64,000 nucleotides of DNA from Octopus vulgaris (taxonomy: Eukaryota). The notes beneath the pieces were generated by a model. That model made no database searches. It was not told where the DNA came from and was given only the letters and a program-made list of their open reading frames with translations. How positions within the stretch are numbered: the stretch's first letter is position 1; every line of letters begins with the position of its first letter. Location of the stretch: assembly GCA_951406725.2 (NCBI GenBank), contig OX597814.1:178436001-178500000 (forward strand). Direction: 5' to 3'. Shown one piece after another: positions 39,216 through 52,947 of this stretch. A program made the translations under genes and the position numbers.

Positions 39216-39897
39216 ACATCAACGGTAACTGAAAAAAAAGGTTTACAACACGTGTAGAGATGTTAAATATATAAACTTATAACAACAAAATACAACGCCT
39301 GCATATCTGTGCATGTGTATAAGTATATTTGCGTTTTGGCCTGAAAGGAACAAAAATAACTCAACGTCGTTGTAAGTTATACTTAAACCGTATAATCCAT
39401 TTCAAGCGCAATGCATCCACAAAAAGTAGCTTTAAATACGTTTATAATAACAAAGGCTCCATCTACAGTATCAGGTCACACATTTTAAATTGAAAAGCTA
39501 ACAATAATTGTTACACTTCGCAGAACACGAGAAGATTTTTTTGGAACACAAAGAGATAAATACTTATATTGCTCTATTCCTGACCGAAAATATCCATCGA
39601 AATAAGTGACTCGGAACAAATAGACAAACTATGAATGCTATGAAATGATTTGAGAATTTATTCTGTGTAAGCGTAACCAGCAACTAACGAGGCAAGGATG
39701 GAGCCAGAGCTAAGCGAGCCAGAATGTACAAGAGATAGGAGCCGAATCTTTCTGGAATCCACCCCTACTGTCTTACAAAGGGAATACGTCACGCGTAATA
39801 ATAGCTAGGATTCCGATGTTACATACATATAAAATTATAGCGCGTAAATATATAACTATATACATATGTATACTTATACATACATACATGCATATAT

Positions 39898-39930
<33 letters not shown>

Positions 39931-39949
39931 TACATATATATATATCATG

Positions 39950-40858
39950 GTTGACCGACCGGATCTCCTGTCCGTATCTGGGGCCGGCGCGTTGCCTTTG
40001 GGTTCTCCCACGCCTGTCGCCGCGGGACCACTCTTCCATCTTCCTCCTCCTCTCCCCCCCTTCGCTGCAGTTCTTTTTCCCTTAACCCCCCCCTTTTGTA
40101 CACACACGCACTCACATACACACACCCACTCACACACACACATTTGCATATATATACACATTACACTTACACACACTTCAAATTTACTTGCCACACACAC
40201 AACTACGCACGCTGGACATATACCACACGCACACACTCACACATACATACACACGCACACACACATACCTCCCTGTTTCTGATCTGCCTTTCCGACTTGC
40301 TAGGGTCCCCCACTCACTCCTTTAATTCTACTACTGCCCGCTACTAGCCATTGTCTACCATACACACACATACATACACGCACACACTCACACATACATA
40401 CACACGCACACACACATACCTCCCTGCTTCTGATCTGCCTTTCTGACCTGCTAGGGTACCCCAACACCACTCCTTTAATTCTACTACTGCTTGCTACTAG
40501 CCATTGTCCACCATACACACACATACACACACACGCACACTCACACACACACACGGTCATCTCGCAACACCTTTTTTACCATTCCCTCATTGATTCAGCT
40601 CTCCTGTTTTTAAAAAACATTTTCCTCCTTTTTTACTACTTCCGTCTTTTCAGTATGTGACCTCGTGAAGACGATCTGCAATTTTTTTTTCCTCTGTCCT
40701 CCCGTCTCGGGATCTTTCTTTCTTTCTCTTATGTTTCCGACGAAGAGCTCCGCTCGAAACGTCATACCCTCCTTCTTCCATTTTCCTGAGCGCCTAATAA
40801 TATTAATACTGTAATTGTTCCACGTGTTGTTGTTTTTTCTGTTTTCCCGTTTGGATTA

Positions 40859-40862
<4 letters not shown>
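39950..40862 (+). mobile_element. Hammerhead-bearing non-coding element, copy D (~900 bp), between (TA)-rich tracts
   Basis: GC-rich start, CA-rich body with a 151-bp tandem duplication, terminal unit ending GTTTGGATTAACC-(TA)n. Confidence 0.7.
40733..40767 (+). ncRNA. Minimal type-I hammerhead ribozyme motif
   Basis: GTTT-CCGACGA-A-GAGC-TCC-GCTC-GAAA-C-GTC-ATAC, identical to copy B. Confidence 0.6.
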
Positions 40863-40929
<67 letters not shown>

Positions 40930-40940
40930 ATATATATATA

Positions 40941-41236
40941 TCTTTATATATAAAAGTCAAGTTGTGTGTCTGTCTCCTACGATTTAGATTCCTAACTACT
41001 CCCACATTTTTCGGTGCAGTTTAGCCAAAACCGGGTATCTTATAGTCGTGATTCATATAGAGCCCTTCTGTGTATTAGCGCGCGTCTACGATGAGTCTAC
41101 GATTTTAAAAATAATTTACCATCATTTTTTTCCATTTTAATGCATTATTTTTGCTATTTTTTTGCTATAACTCTCTAAAAATGCTTATATAGTTATTTCC
41201 CTTACAAACCCGAGCAACGCCGGGCGATACTGCTAG
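40941..41236 (+). mobile_element. Non-autonomous Helitron
   Basis: 5' A|TCTTTATATATAAAA, subterminal hairpin CCCG(A)GC-AAC-GCCGGG at 41209-41224, 3' CTAG, no TSD, inserted in (TA)n. Confidence 0.75.
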
Positions 41237-41286
41237 CATATATATATATATATAAACATATATATATTAACACATATATATACAAC

Positions 41287-41432
41287 TTCCGGCGAGGTCG
41301 ACTTTGCCTTTCATCGTTCGGGGTCGATAAAGAAAGTACCAGTTACGCACTGGAGTCGATGTAATCGACTTAATCCGTTTGTCTGTCCTTGTTTCTCCCC
41401 TCTATGTTTAGCCCCTTGTGGGTAATAAAGAA
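41287..41432 (+). mobile_element. Family-M SINE, 5'-truncated
   Basis: Core and AGCCCCTTGTGGGTAATAAAGAAA tail; very similar to 52760-52893. Confidence 0.85.
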
Positions 41433-41664
41433 ACAGATATATTAACACACACACACAAACCTCGCCAAGAAAAATATTTAAACCACCTGATGAATGACTG
41501 CGACTCAAAAATTTGAAGACAGCAGGCATGAAACGATCGTAGTGTGATATTATTATATTTTTTAATAATTTTGTTACATATTTAAATAATATAAATTAAT
41601 CATATGTATTGGCTTAAGTCTTTCATTGTTTGATTTGCCTAATAGTGGTTTTGTCTCTAATTTA

Positions 41665-41728
<64 letters not shown>

Positions 41729-42404
41729 GATGTGGATGTGTGTACACACATATATGCATATATACAGAGAGACAGAGAATGAGAGAGAGACAGACAGCCA
41801 GAAAAAAGGGACAGTGAGAGAGTGGAAGACAGAAAGAGAGAGATGAGAGAGTGACAATAGTTATGGTTAGAACACCATTCACCATAGGACTGAAGCTCTT
41901 CGCTGATATGTAGCTAAACAGCCACATTAAGAAAACCTGATATTTTCGAGTATGATTTAAATAAAATATGGCGACGGAAAAATTAACCAATTGAATTAAA
42001 TATTGTTGCAAATAGGCCATCATATAATTGATAAGATATAATCAATAATAATCGACTGTAAGGAGAAAAACTAGTGAATAAGCTCATTGAAAATTTGGAT
42101 AGCACGATAATGAACATATCCGAAAATTTTACCCGCTAATCAACACATCGACACAATCGAAATGCGTGTATAATGACAAAAATAAATCTGAAAATATCAT
42201 GCAGTAAACTTCAAAATCATTATGATGATACCTAACATATAACAAAGCAACAACCTAAATAATAATTTGTATCTCTATGTGTGTTTATGTGGGTGCGTAT
42301 GTATATGAATATATATATTTATATATTTCAATATGTTACCGCGTGTGTATCGTTGGCGATCTTCTTTCTCCGTCTTCCCTTTTTTTAACCTTTCCTTTTT
42401 CTAA

Positions 42405-42439
42405 GTTTCTGACGAAGAGCTCCGCTCGAAACGTTAATT
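42405..42439 (+). ncRNA. Minimal type-I hammerhead ribozyme motif with canonical core (unit ~42340-42540)
   Basis: GTTT-CTGACGA-A-GAGC-TCC-GCTC-GAAA-C-GTT-AATT: full CUGANGA/GAAA core and palindromic ACGT stem III; stem I imperfect. Confidence 0.7.
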
Positions 42440-42544
42440 CCTCCTTCTTTCTTTCCTTTCCTGCGCGTCCAAGAACACTATACTTGTTCCATGTCCTCGC
42501 GTTGTTGTGTTTTCTTTTTGTTCATGTTTGGATTAACTATATAT

Positions 42545-42954
42545 ACTCTTTACTCTTTTACATGTTTCATTCATTTGACTGCGGCCATGCTGGAGCACCG
42601 CCTTTAGTCAAGCAACTCGACCCCGGGACTTATTCTTTGTAAGCCCAGTACTTATTCTCTCGGTCACTTTTGCCGAACCGCTAAGTGACGGGGGACGTAA
42701 ACACACCAGCATCGGTTGTCAAGCAATGCTAGGGGTACAAACACAGACACACAAACACATACACATACATACACATATATATACATATATACGACAGGCT
42801 TCTTTCAGTTTCCGTCTACCAAATCCACTGACAAGGCATTGGTCGGTCTGGGGCTATAGCAGAAGACACTTGCCCAAGATGCCACGCAGTGGGACTGAAC
42901 CCGGAACCATGTGGTTGGTTAGCAAGCTACTTACCACACAGCCACTCCTGCGCC
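42545..42954 (-). mobile_element. Full-length family-C (CORE/OR-like) SINE
   Basis: Reverse complement is near-identical to 60808-61216. Confidence 0.92.
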
Positions 42955-44094
42955 TATATGTATGTATGTATGTAGGTATGTATGTATGTATGTATATATG
43001 TATTTATCCGTGTGTGTTTATGTGTGTGCGTGTGTCTGTGTACATATGTATATGTAAATGTACATAAATATAATATGTATATCCATAAACCACGGAAAAA
43101 CAACAAATAAGTGGAAATCGGAAACGAACTGTGGGGGTATATAAAATGTATAAAACGATTTGGAGATAATTCTCTGATCCTAAAATAACTGATAAAAAGC
43201 GAGAATAATAATAAACAAGCATTATTACTTTAGATCAAAAGAAAAATATGATATATTAGAAATGGAGAAAAATTAGGTAAAACGTATCGAAGAGAATTTG
43301 GAAGATACCTCTCCGAACGTCCAGGGTACTGAGGGCAGCAAATAGAAAGAAAGGAAGAAGATCAGGAAATAAAAAAATAAGATTAAAGCTGGTATAATCA
43401 ACTATATTGAGCTCATGGATACCTAGTAAATATATTCAATTAATTAATGCAAGTTACATTGAAATCTTATACCCATCTAATAGCAGAAAGCTCTTTATTG
43501 CTATTCAGAACACGGGGAACAAAAGTAATATAGATTCGTCAACTGATTCTCCTAACAGTCTCTAAATATCGACCCCTTTAGAGAGTGATAAACTCTATGA
43601 ATACTCGAAAAGAGAAACAAAAAAAAAAAAAACATCGTACTATTATTACAGCTAACAGAATCTTGGGCTGTAAATATCAATTACTGATCAAGAAAGCTGC
43701 CATTTACATAAAAACAAAGGTCAAAATTATAAATCATGTAAAAGATAGATTCACTAACTGCATCAATTGATTGCAAGAAAATATATTCCTATTTCCCATG
43801 ACTATATAACGAAAACACTAAAAATATGACAAATTCCACGCTATCGTAACACCTCAACATATTAGTAAAAACGTAAATCAGATAAAGTAAGGAAATGATC
43901 ATCTAAATACAAAGGTAAACATCATAAGGAGTTCAAAAGTATTACGTATAATATCTTCTAATAAGATTCTTCGCCTCAGCTGATCCTCAACATTTCTCAA
44001 TTCTGTAACTACCATGAATGTATTGTGCAAAGCGATGATGCATCAGGCTACGCACTTAAGAATGAGCTCCTCTCTCCCCTCCCCTCTCTCTCTG

Positions 44095-44129
<35 letters not shown>

Positions 44130-44842
44130 GTCACTCTTCGCCCACCTCTCTATCTCTCTATTAGTTTACATCAAATTGATGACGACGCTGTATATTTTGC
44201 TGAGCTGATGAAAGATTGCCCGCTTTTTTGTTCTGCTTGTACTGTATTGTTTTAGTATTGTTTACATACAGTTATTCCTCCTGTGCATTGTACAGCCGTA
44301 AAGCAATTTCCATTGCATATGTACCATTCCTTGTCTGCTGTATCTTGTCATTTCTTATTATACACGCAATGTTATTCTGTCCTGTCCTCGCACATATTTG
44401 TCAGCTGTTCCCTGTAGGTCTAAGCATTGACCATTCTTAAAATACCACATGCTACTTCTCCCAATACTTAGTCTCTCGGTACCCTATGCATTCACCCCTT
44501 CATCATCTTGATATATTTCTCTGACCTCTTATCCAACACTCAACATACCTCCTCCTACCGCTACTACTACCTTGCCTCCTACTATACCTATTTTACCTTC
44601 AAATTTCCCTGCATAATGATCTGATACGTTAGACACTTATCTATCCACCTTCATGAAGGAGGATCTGGAGTTTACCAATGTTTGTTTGATTTCATTACCG
44701 GCTGCAAATTTTGGATCAGCTACATCTACCAGCATTATGAAGTAACTTCAAGCCCCTCGAAAATGCTCTGGAACTTGTAATGCCTTCTCCCCTCTAATTC
44801 CTTCAGTCTATATAATTTTAGTGAGTTTTCTCTATAACATAT

Positions 44843-44975
<133 letters not shown>

Positions 44976-44995
44976 AGAGAGAGAGAGAGAGAGAT

Positions 44996-45460
44996 TTGAA
45001 TGGTTGTTGGTTTCACCAGGATGGTGCCACACCCCACTATGCCATCGATATCAGGGAATACTTGAATGAAGTTTTTCGGGAGAGATGGATGAGGCGAGGA
45101 TATTCAATAACTCTCGATTGGCCTCCCAGAAGTCTAGACATCACGTCTATAGAGCATTATCAAGGAAAGTTTCACAAGAGCAATACCAGAATAGCCAACA
45201 GTTTAAGGATGCTGTCTCGGCAGCCTTTGCAACAATCACCAAAGCACAGCTTCATAAAATATCACATAGGACATGGTGCCGCATCATTTTGTGCTACGAA
45301 AATGATGATGTACATACAGACCTCGATTTGTGACAGTGTCAACGTTAATGAAAGTGAATATACTAAAACCAGTACATGCGTTTGATATTATTATAGTGTT
45401 CTGCTATTGTTCTTATTTCTTTTCGGTAGGGAGAGACAAAACTTTCGGACTACCTGTGCA
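44996..45460 (+). mobile_element. Tc1/mariner-superfamily transposase 3' fragment
   Basis: WFHQDGATPHYAIDIREYLNEVFRERW..RG....DWPPRSLDIT; probable right TIR AAAACTTTCGGACTACCTGT near 45438-45456. Confidence 0.85.
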
Positions 45461-45899
45461 TGTATTATATACTTGATCATTTATCACCTCCTCTTTTTAC
45501 ATGTATACTTACATATATATATTTTGTACATTAAAACACAACGTTCTGTCTGTTTATTTGCATTATAAATCAACAGATAAATTATAATTACTCATTATTC
45601 TGCTGACTTGGTCCGCTTTGAAGATATCGCATTTCAAATCATTTGAGCGCTACCAAGTGTTTTCTATTTGAGATTTTCTCGATCTCATCCGTTGATCATA
45701 TATATATATATGTGTGTGTATGTGTTTGTGTGTGTGTATGTGGTGTGTGCGTGTGTGTGTTCCCTTGTGTGCGCAGGTATGTATAAGTATGTGTACACAT
45801 CAACAAACATAACAAATTGAGTGAAGCAGAGCTGTAAAATATTTTCATAAAAACAAAAATTATTCTACTAAATATGAAACGTATTAAGGAATGCTCGAT

Positions 45900-46510
45900 G
45901 ATGAATTCATATAGCTCCACTGAATAGAAGAACATCTATTTATAGAATACAGACGCCAAGTGAATCTGATACTAAAACCTGAGTTTAATGCGGAAATTAA
46001 AAGCGAAACAATTAACAATTTATTCACGCTGATGATAATGTATAGCTTCAATATTATGAATTGGAAGCTACTTGAAATTGGATATAAAACTGAAAATAGT
46101 GCAGTACAAAGACACATAAAAGGTTAGAGGCTAGAAAGCAAACAATCTGACGTCTTATATCCACAAAGGAAAACGTTTGAAGGTGGTTAATAAATATAAA
46201 CGCCAACAGAAATACGGCTACAATTGAAACAAACCTACATGTGCAATACAACACATAAGAACCGGCTTCAAACTGCATATAACTACGTAAAGATAGAATT
46301 AGGGAGGCTACGGGCAGTAATGCAAATGTCAAGAGGAAAACTAAGGCAGGACAATTATCAAGAACCACTGAATATGGTAATACAAAAGAGCTATCGGAAG
46401 AATTATAACAACATAAAAGCAAACCAAAAATAAACCAGAAATTAGGAAGTCACCATAGAAGAATTATATCAAAGCTAACCGTTGGTTAGGTCAGAAACTC
46501 AGAAACACAG
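45900..46510 (+). pseudogene. Decayed R4/Dong-like N-terminal fragment
   Basis: NRLQ...VKIELGRLRAV, parallel to IDLGRLNAI in 32505-33620. Confidence 0.4.
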
Positions 46511-46869
46511 GCTCCTGGTCCTTCGCCTCTGTAACTATCGTTCCATCAACCTTTGAGTAATGACATTTTTGCTCGTTTTCGTCCTCGTTTGATCACAACG
46601 GCCTTTTCATTCCAACTTTCCTTCTTAATTGTTTGACGTTCAAGATTAAAAGTGAAAGAGCATGGTCTTTTTAATGTCATTTTAAATTTCGTTTTTGTTT
46701 TATCAGGTGGGAAAGAAGTGTTCGTAAATGGAACACTTTGAATGATACACAACTGTTACTGCAAATTCTGAAACAATTAATTGTACAAGCTTGCCACACT
46801 ACAATATTGATAATCATAACCACCATCAACACCAACGCCAACACCACTACAATTACTACTACTACTACT

Positions 46870-47760
46870 ATTAACGAAACTTTTGAGGAGGGGGCTACAT
46901 CGACACCAGTGTTTCACTAGTACTTATTTCATCGATCTTAAAAGGTCGAAAGAAGTTGACGTCGGCGGAATTTTACATCAGAACGTAAAGACGGACGAAA
47001 TGCCGGTAGCATTTTGACCAGCATGCTCACGATTCTACTATAGAAGAAGGCCCGAAATTTTGGGGGAGGGGGCTAGTCGATTACATCGACCCTAGTGCTT
47101 CACTGGAACTTAATTTATTGACCTAGCAAGGATGGAGGGGAAAGTCGACTTCGGCGGAATTTGTCCTCAGAGCGTATTGGCGTGCTAACAATTCAGCCAG
47201 CTCGCTGCCCTAATAATAATAATAACAATTATAACCTCAAATTTTGGCGCAAGGCCAACAATTTCAAGGAAGTGACTAAAACGATTGCATCAATTGCAGC
47301 GTTCAACTGGTACTTATTTTATCGACCCCAAAGGGATAAAACGAAAAGGCCTACTTCGTTTATTTCGAAGTCAATACATAAAAAGCCGAAGAAATACTAT
47401 TAAGCATTTGTTCAACTTACAAACAATTTTGCCGGCTTTTACGAATCGCTATACTACGAGTACGTAAACACATCAACATCGACAGGCTTCTTTCATTTTC
47501 CGTCTACCAAATCCACTCGCAAGTCTTTGGTCAGCCCTAAGCTATAATAGAAGAAACCTTCCCTTGCCAAGGTGCCACGCAGTGGGACTGAACCCGGAAC
47601 CATTTGAAGCAATCTACATACCACACAGCTACTCCTTATTATAGGCAAAAAGCCTGAAATTACGTGGCAAGGTGTACGTCAATTTTATTTTTATTAACCC
47701 CACTGCTCGACTAGTACTTATTTCATTGATCTCAAAATGATGAAAGGCAAATTCGATCTC
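46870..47760 (-). mobile_element. Cluster of four family-M SINEs and one family-C SINE, all minus strand
   Basis: M units at ~46870, 47045, 47235 and 47640; C unit at ~47455-47632. Confidence 0.8.
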
Positions 47761-47762
47761 AA

Positions 47763-47793
<31 letters not shown>

Positions 47794-47865
47794 GATGATG
47801 ATGATGATGATGAAGAGTCGGAGGAGGAAGAGGAGGAGGAGTATGGTGATAATGATGTTGATGAT

Positions 47866-48331
<466 letters not shown>

Positions 48332-48699
48332 CGACTAATCCCCTCCTCCAAAAGGATGGCAAACAACCTTAACCTCAACGGTATTTGAAACAGATGGCAA
48401 AAAGCTGACTCGAATAACGGTAAATATTTATTTTGCGATGTAGTGATTCTGATGACTCTTCGTTGTTCACTAATCCGCTACTAGCTCATGCTGAATTACA
48501 ACTTTGAACATGGAAAATAATTTATCTGTTATGCAAGTATACATCCAGCATCACCGAGTCGAACATTTTGATGCTACACAGATTCGTATTTTGTATTATA
48601 GATATTTACTTTGTATTTTCACTCTGAGTAGTACATAAAATATGTTACAGTAAAATACAAAAATGAATATGTCCAACGAAAATTAAGAAAGTTATGTGA

Positions 48700-51600
48700 A
48701 TATAATTCAAACGCACTACGATACTGATTTACTAATTTATTTCTTGTAGAAGCGGTGCTCTTCCAAAATGTCAGCTCTTTACAAATAGGCCTATCTCATA
48801 TTCAGAATGTCCAATAAAATAAAGCTACAATAAAAGGTAACAAGATACGAAAGCGCAATAAGTTGAAGTCTTTCACGCAAATTAAACTTTCTTTGTATAT
48901 CTACAATACAGTAACACCATGAAGAGAATTACGAATGATGTAGAATAACAAACAATATTGTAAATCATAATTCCGACACATTAGCTTAAGAACGAAAAAT
49001 AAAAATATTACAGAAACTCTTACTGAACAAGTCTAAGAAAATTTGCTCGCTGAAAATAAGATAGTAACATACAAGACACACAAGAGATATAAGATCCTAC
49101 AAACCAATGAAATCTCAACATATTCTTCTACATATGATACATATAAGCTTACTCAAAGAAAAGTAAAACAACGGAAAAGAAACAAGCATACATAAAATAA
49201 ATAAGTCCTCAAATAAAAGCACAATGAAAATACAACACTATACAGCACTTGCAAAAATAATCGTCTTTGCTGCAAAAGAAAAACAGAAAGGGGAAAACAA
49301 CAAAAAAGCTTAAATTATGATGCAGATCACACAATTTTTGATGAAAACAACCAAGCGAACATCTCGTCATGATAACAATATACCATTGATTCCACACTCA
49401 ACATTAAACAGATTAAACCATGCATCACAACAGATTAAACATGGAAATAAATTATGAGAACCAATAATATGCGCCCATAAAATCAATAAATATTGACGGA
49501 CGGAAATGCCTGCCCAACTTATATGTACATCCTCCCTGCAGAAGAATAACATATTGCAATAACAGTGCACAAGAAACGCAGTCTGTAGAAAGAAACCTGG
49601 ATATTAACAAGTTGAATGTAACATTATTATGTTCGGTTACCGAAATTGTGTCCAGGATATGTGGACTTAATCCTTTATATTAAGGGCCTCATTAGATAAC
49701 CTTTTCAAAAGAAATGAAGGCAAAAGGTATACAAAATAACTTATAGGGATAAAATATAAGAAATCTTACCTCTGCTGAGTGCTCCTCACGTGAGCCGGTA
49801 GGAGATATATCAATTAGAACAGAAGGTATTCTAAAAATAAAATCATTAAGGATAAGCGTATTTCAGAAGACACCTTTTAAGTGACAATGTATTAAAAACA
49901 TGTACTAAAATATTTTACAGAGGCATAAAAAACGGAAATGCATGATATAGCACTGGCTGGCACATCAATATCAACAAAAATGCAAGCATATTGATAGAAA
50001 GTATGAAACGATCACATTCACTTCAATAAAATGGCAGAATAGATCAAAAGGAATAGAGACATGGACTAAAATTGCTAGCATGTCTCAGCATAACTAAAAA
50101 GTTCGGCGACACGATGCAAGGTGAAAGCAAACGGATAGTCACGGGGATATTTTCCGAAATATCTAATCTAACCTATTCTTCTTGAACATATACAATAACA
50201 TTCAATGAATTAGTAAAAATCAGGCTTAACACATTTATAATTTCTACAGGTTGATCAAAAAACGCCAAAGACTTTCCAAACTAAACGCGTATAAATTGTT
50301 CACCAAGACACAAAACACAACTATAACAGTTTGGAAAGGGGCGCTCAAGATGTTACAGAAACAGATGGTTTAGTAGCCGTTGATGGTAAATCTGGTACTT
50401 ATACAACATAGTAATAGGTGGAGAAATATAACTCAGTATGTCTTAAAGCGCACTCCATTCTTTTATATTGAAAATCTCACATATAATTTTACGGTTTAAT
50501 TATTAACACGATACATCAAATATGCAATATAAAAGCGAAATCAACCATATAGCTCCTCCTCAGAGTTGATAAAATCAAGCTCTCTACTTAAGAGAAGTTG
50601 AATAATTGAGGGGCTATATGATCTCTATTTTTCTACCTAGCTAATACGCCATAAAATAATCTTACTTACAGTAAATACTACGGAACACCTGTTTGATATC
50701 TTATTAAAATTGTCCATAAACTCAGTTCAGCCGAGAGTTTAAAACGGCTACTGGGCAAGATAATTGTGACGCATTCATTCTAAAAACAAATTTATTAAAA
50801 CTGAGATCAGTAAATTGTATCTATGAATTAAAGTCAGAGAATTAGAACGGATTTACTTGCAATAAATACATATACATGAAATTTTATAAAGTAAAATACA
50901 TATAAATGAAGTAAAAAATTAGAAAAAAAATCACTACAGAACTATACTCAATGCCAGAAATGAAATAATGGTAATGAATACATTTACTATCACAATAATA
51001 AAGTACATTTTTAATAAAATTTTATGTACATTTTCAATATGATTTTCGCAATCATATAGTACATTTTCAATAATAATAATTGTAAGTTCACTGAACTGAA
51101 AATCTATCGGAGAAGGAAAAGAAGATAACTCCCCACTACTTTCCAAATCCATTAAATAAAACCGATATAGATAGGATATACCTAACCCACGAACAGGGAG
51201 AACGTGCGTGACACAAACGAGGAAATATTACAAAGTAACAACAGACGCCATAGAAAAATACTTAAAAGCAATTAAAAGGAAATCGATTAGTGTAATGCTG
51301 GAAACTGAGGGAAAAAAAATACCTCAACAGCTTTACTGTGTATGTAAGAAAACAACAAAGCACGAAGCAGAAGCTAATTATATTGAACAAAAAAGGTTCA
51401 GATGACGATAAAAGAACAGAAAAGATGAAAATATAAAACAAAGGATAAAATCAAAGTAGAGACTAACCGAAGAAAAAAATTAAGGAAAAATGTACACTGT
51501 CATCAATATCCTCAAAGACTCGACGGAGAGGAAGTAAGCCAGCGTGAAGTCCAACAATAGCTCCAAAGCGCTGTCCTAAAACCAGAAACGGATGGTCTTA

Positions 51601-52050
51601 TTTTAGATGGACAGAATCAATACCAAGCCATAAAAAAATAACTAAAACAAAATCTCAGATCAAAGTAATGACACAAAAGACTAACATCGAATATAGGCTA
51701 TAAACTCAGCATACAGTACAACTGACAACGTCATTACCGGTTGCCCAGTTTTTGTAATGCCAAAATATATAAAATCTTGGTGATTTCTGACAAAAATCAT
51801 TGCATGGAAAGAGATCAAACTTTACCAAAATATAACAACGGGATTTAGCAAGTTCTGGTGTGAAAAGGTAACTTCACTAGTAACAACAATAATCTGAGGA
51901 GCATATTAAAGAATAACATGAGCAAAAGACTAAAACCAATAGTAGGGTTTAAAACTTATCATTATCGAAAAATAACCCTGCATAGAGTAGAAAAGATTCA
52001 AGATATTTTCAGCTTAGTAGCACAGCTCAAAATAGTAAGTGATATTGCTA
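48700..52050 (+). pseudogene. Long, heavily decayed R4/Dong-clade LINE
   Basis: SAVLKPETDGLILDGQNQ (~51570) corresponds to SGLKSETEGFIIAAQDQ, and DNVITGCPVF (~51724) to DHVVSKCSLL. A GIF-like RT motif lies near 50140. A-rich LINE-like strand bias. Confidence 0.55.
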
Positions 52051-52079
52051 ACATATATCACACAACCGATTTTCGAAAT

Positions 52080-52266
52080 CGATTCAAATTTTGCCACACG
52101 GACAGAAATTTTTAGGTGCTCAACAGGTATTTATTTTATCGACCCCAAATGGAAGAAAGGCACAGTTGACCTTATTGGAATTTAAGCTCAGAACGTAAAG
52201 AGCTGGAAAATATGCTGCTAAGTATTTTTCCCGACGCGCTAATGATCCTGCTATCCCATTGCCTTA
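52080..52266 (-). mobile_element. Family-M SINE, diverged
   Basis: TTTATCGACCCC...CTCAGAACGTAAAG...GCCTT. Confidence 0.75.
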
Positions 52267-52759
52267 GCAGTGTTTCAAAATAAAACGTACCTATCACATA
52301 TTTTTATACTACTGTTAACTAAAATGTCGCACATTTTATATTCTACACAATTTCTTCTCAATAAGTTAAATTTCTATTATAAAATTATACGAAACGGAAT
52401 CATTATAAAAGAACATAACTCCGGGGCCACATATTCTACACAACGGACAAAACTTTAATGCAATTCTAAGCCAACAACAAAGCAAGGATATTGTGACATA
52501 TAAACTCCACCTTCAGACCTTCGAAAATTAGTGCTGTGCTGCACACACTTTAAGATTTTAAGTGGTGTAACAAACGGTGCACTAAAAGGCTCTCATCACA
52601 TTGTTAAAAATGTAATACTAAAATGTATAAATAAAATACAAACTTTTTAAAAGATTTTTGCTCATCTACGAGACTGAAGCCACTCAATTGAAACAAGGAT
52701 TGTAAATGATTTTTAAGGTTCAAGCTCAGCAACAAAAGCATGAATATATATATATATAT

Positions 52760-52893
52760 AACTTTGCCTTTCATCCTTTCGGGGTCGATAAATAAAGTAC
52801 CAGTTACGCACTGGGGTCGATGTAATCGACTTAATCCCTTTGTCTGTCCTTGTTTGTCCCCTCTGTGTGTAGCCCCTTGTGGGCAGTAAAGAA
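52760..52893 (+). mobile_element. Family-M SINE, 5'-truncated, inside (TA)n
   Basis: Core and tail close to the window consensus. Confidence 0.88.
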
Positions 52894-52909
52894 ATATATA
52901 TATATATAT

Positions 52910-52947
<38 letters not shown>

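Noticed and set aside
39950-40030. GC/CpG-rich patch as a promoter or CpG island
   Set aside because: Only ~80 bp and apparently the 5' part of the hammerhead-bearing element.
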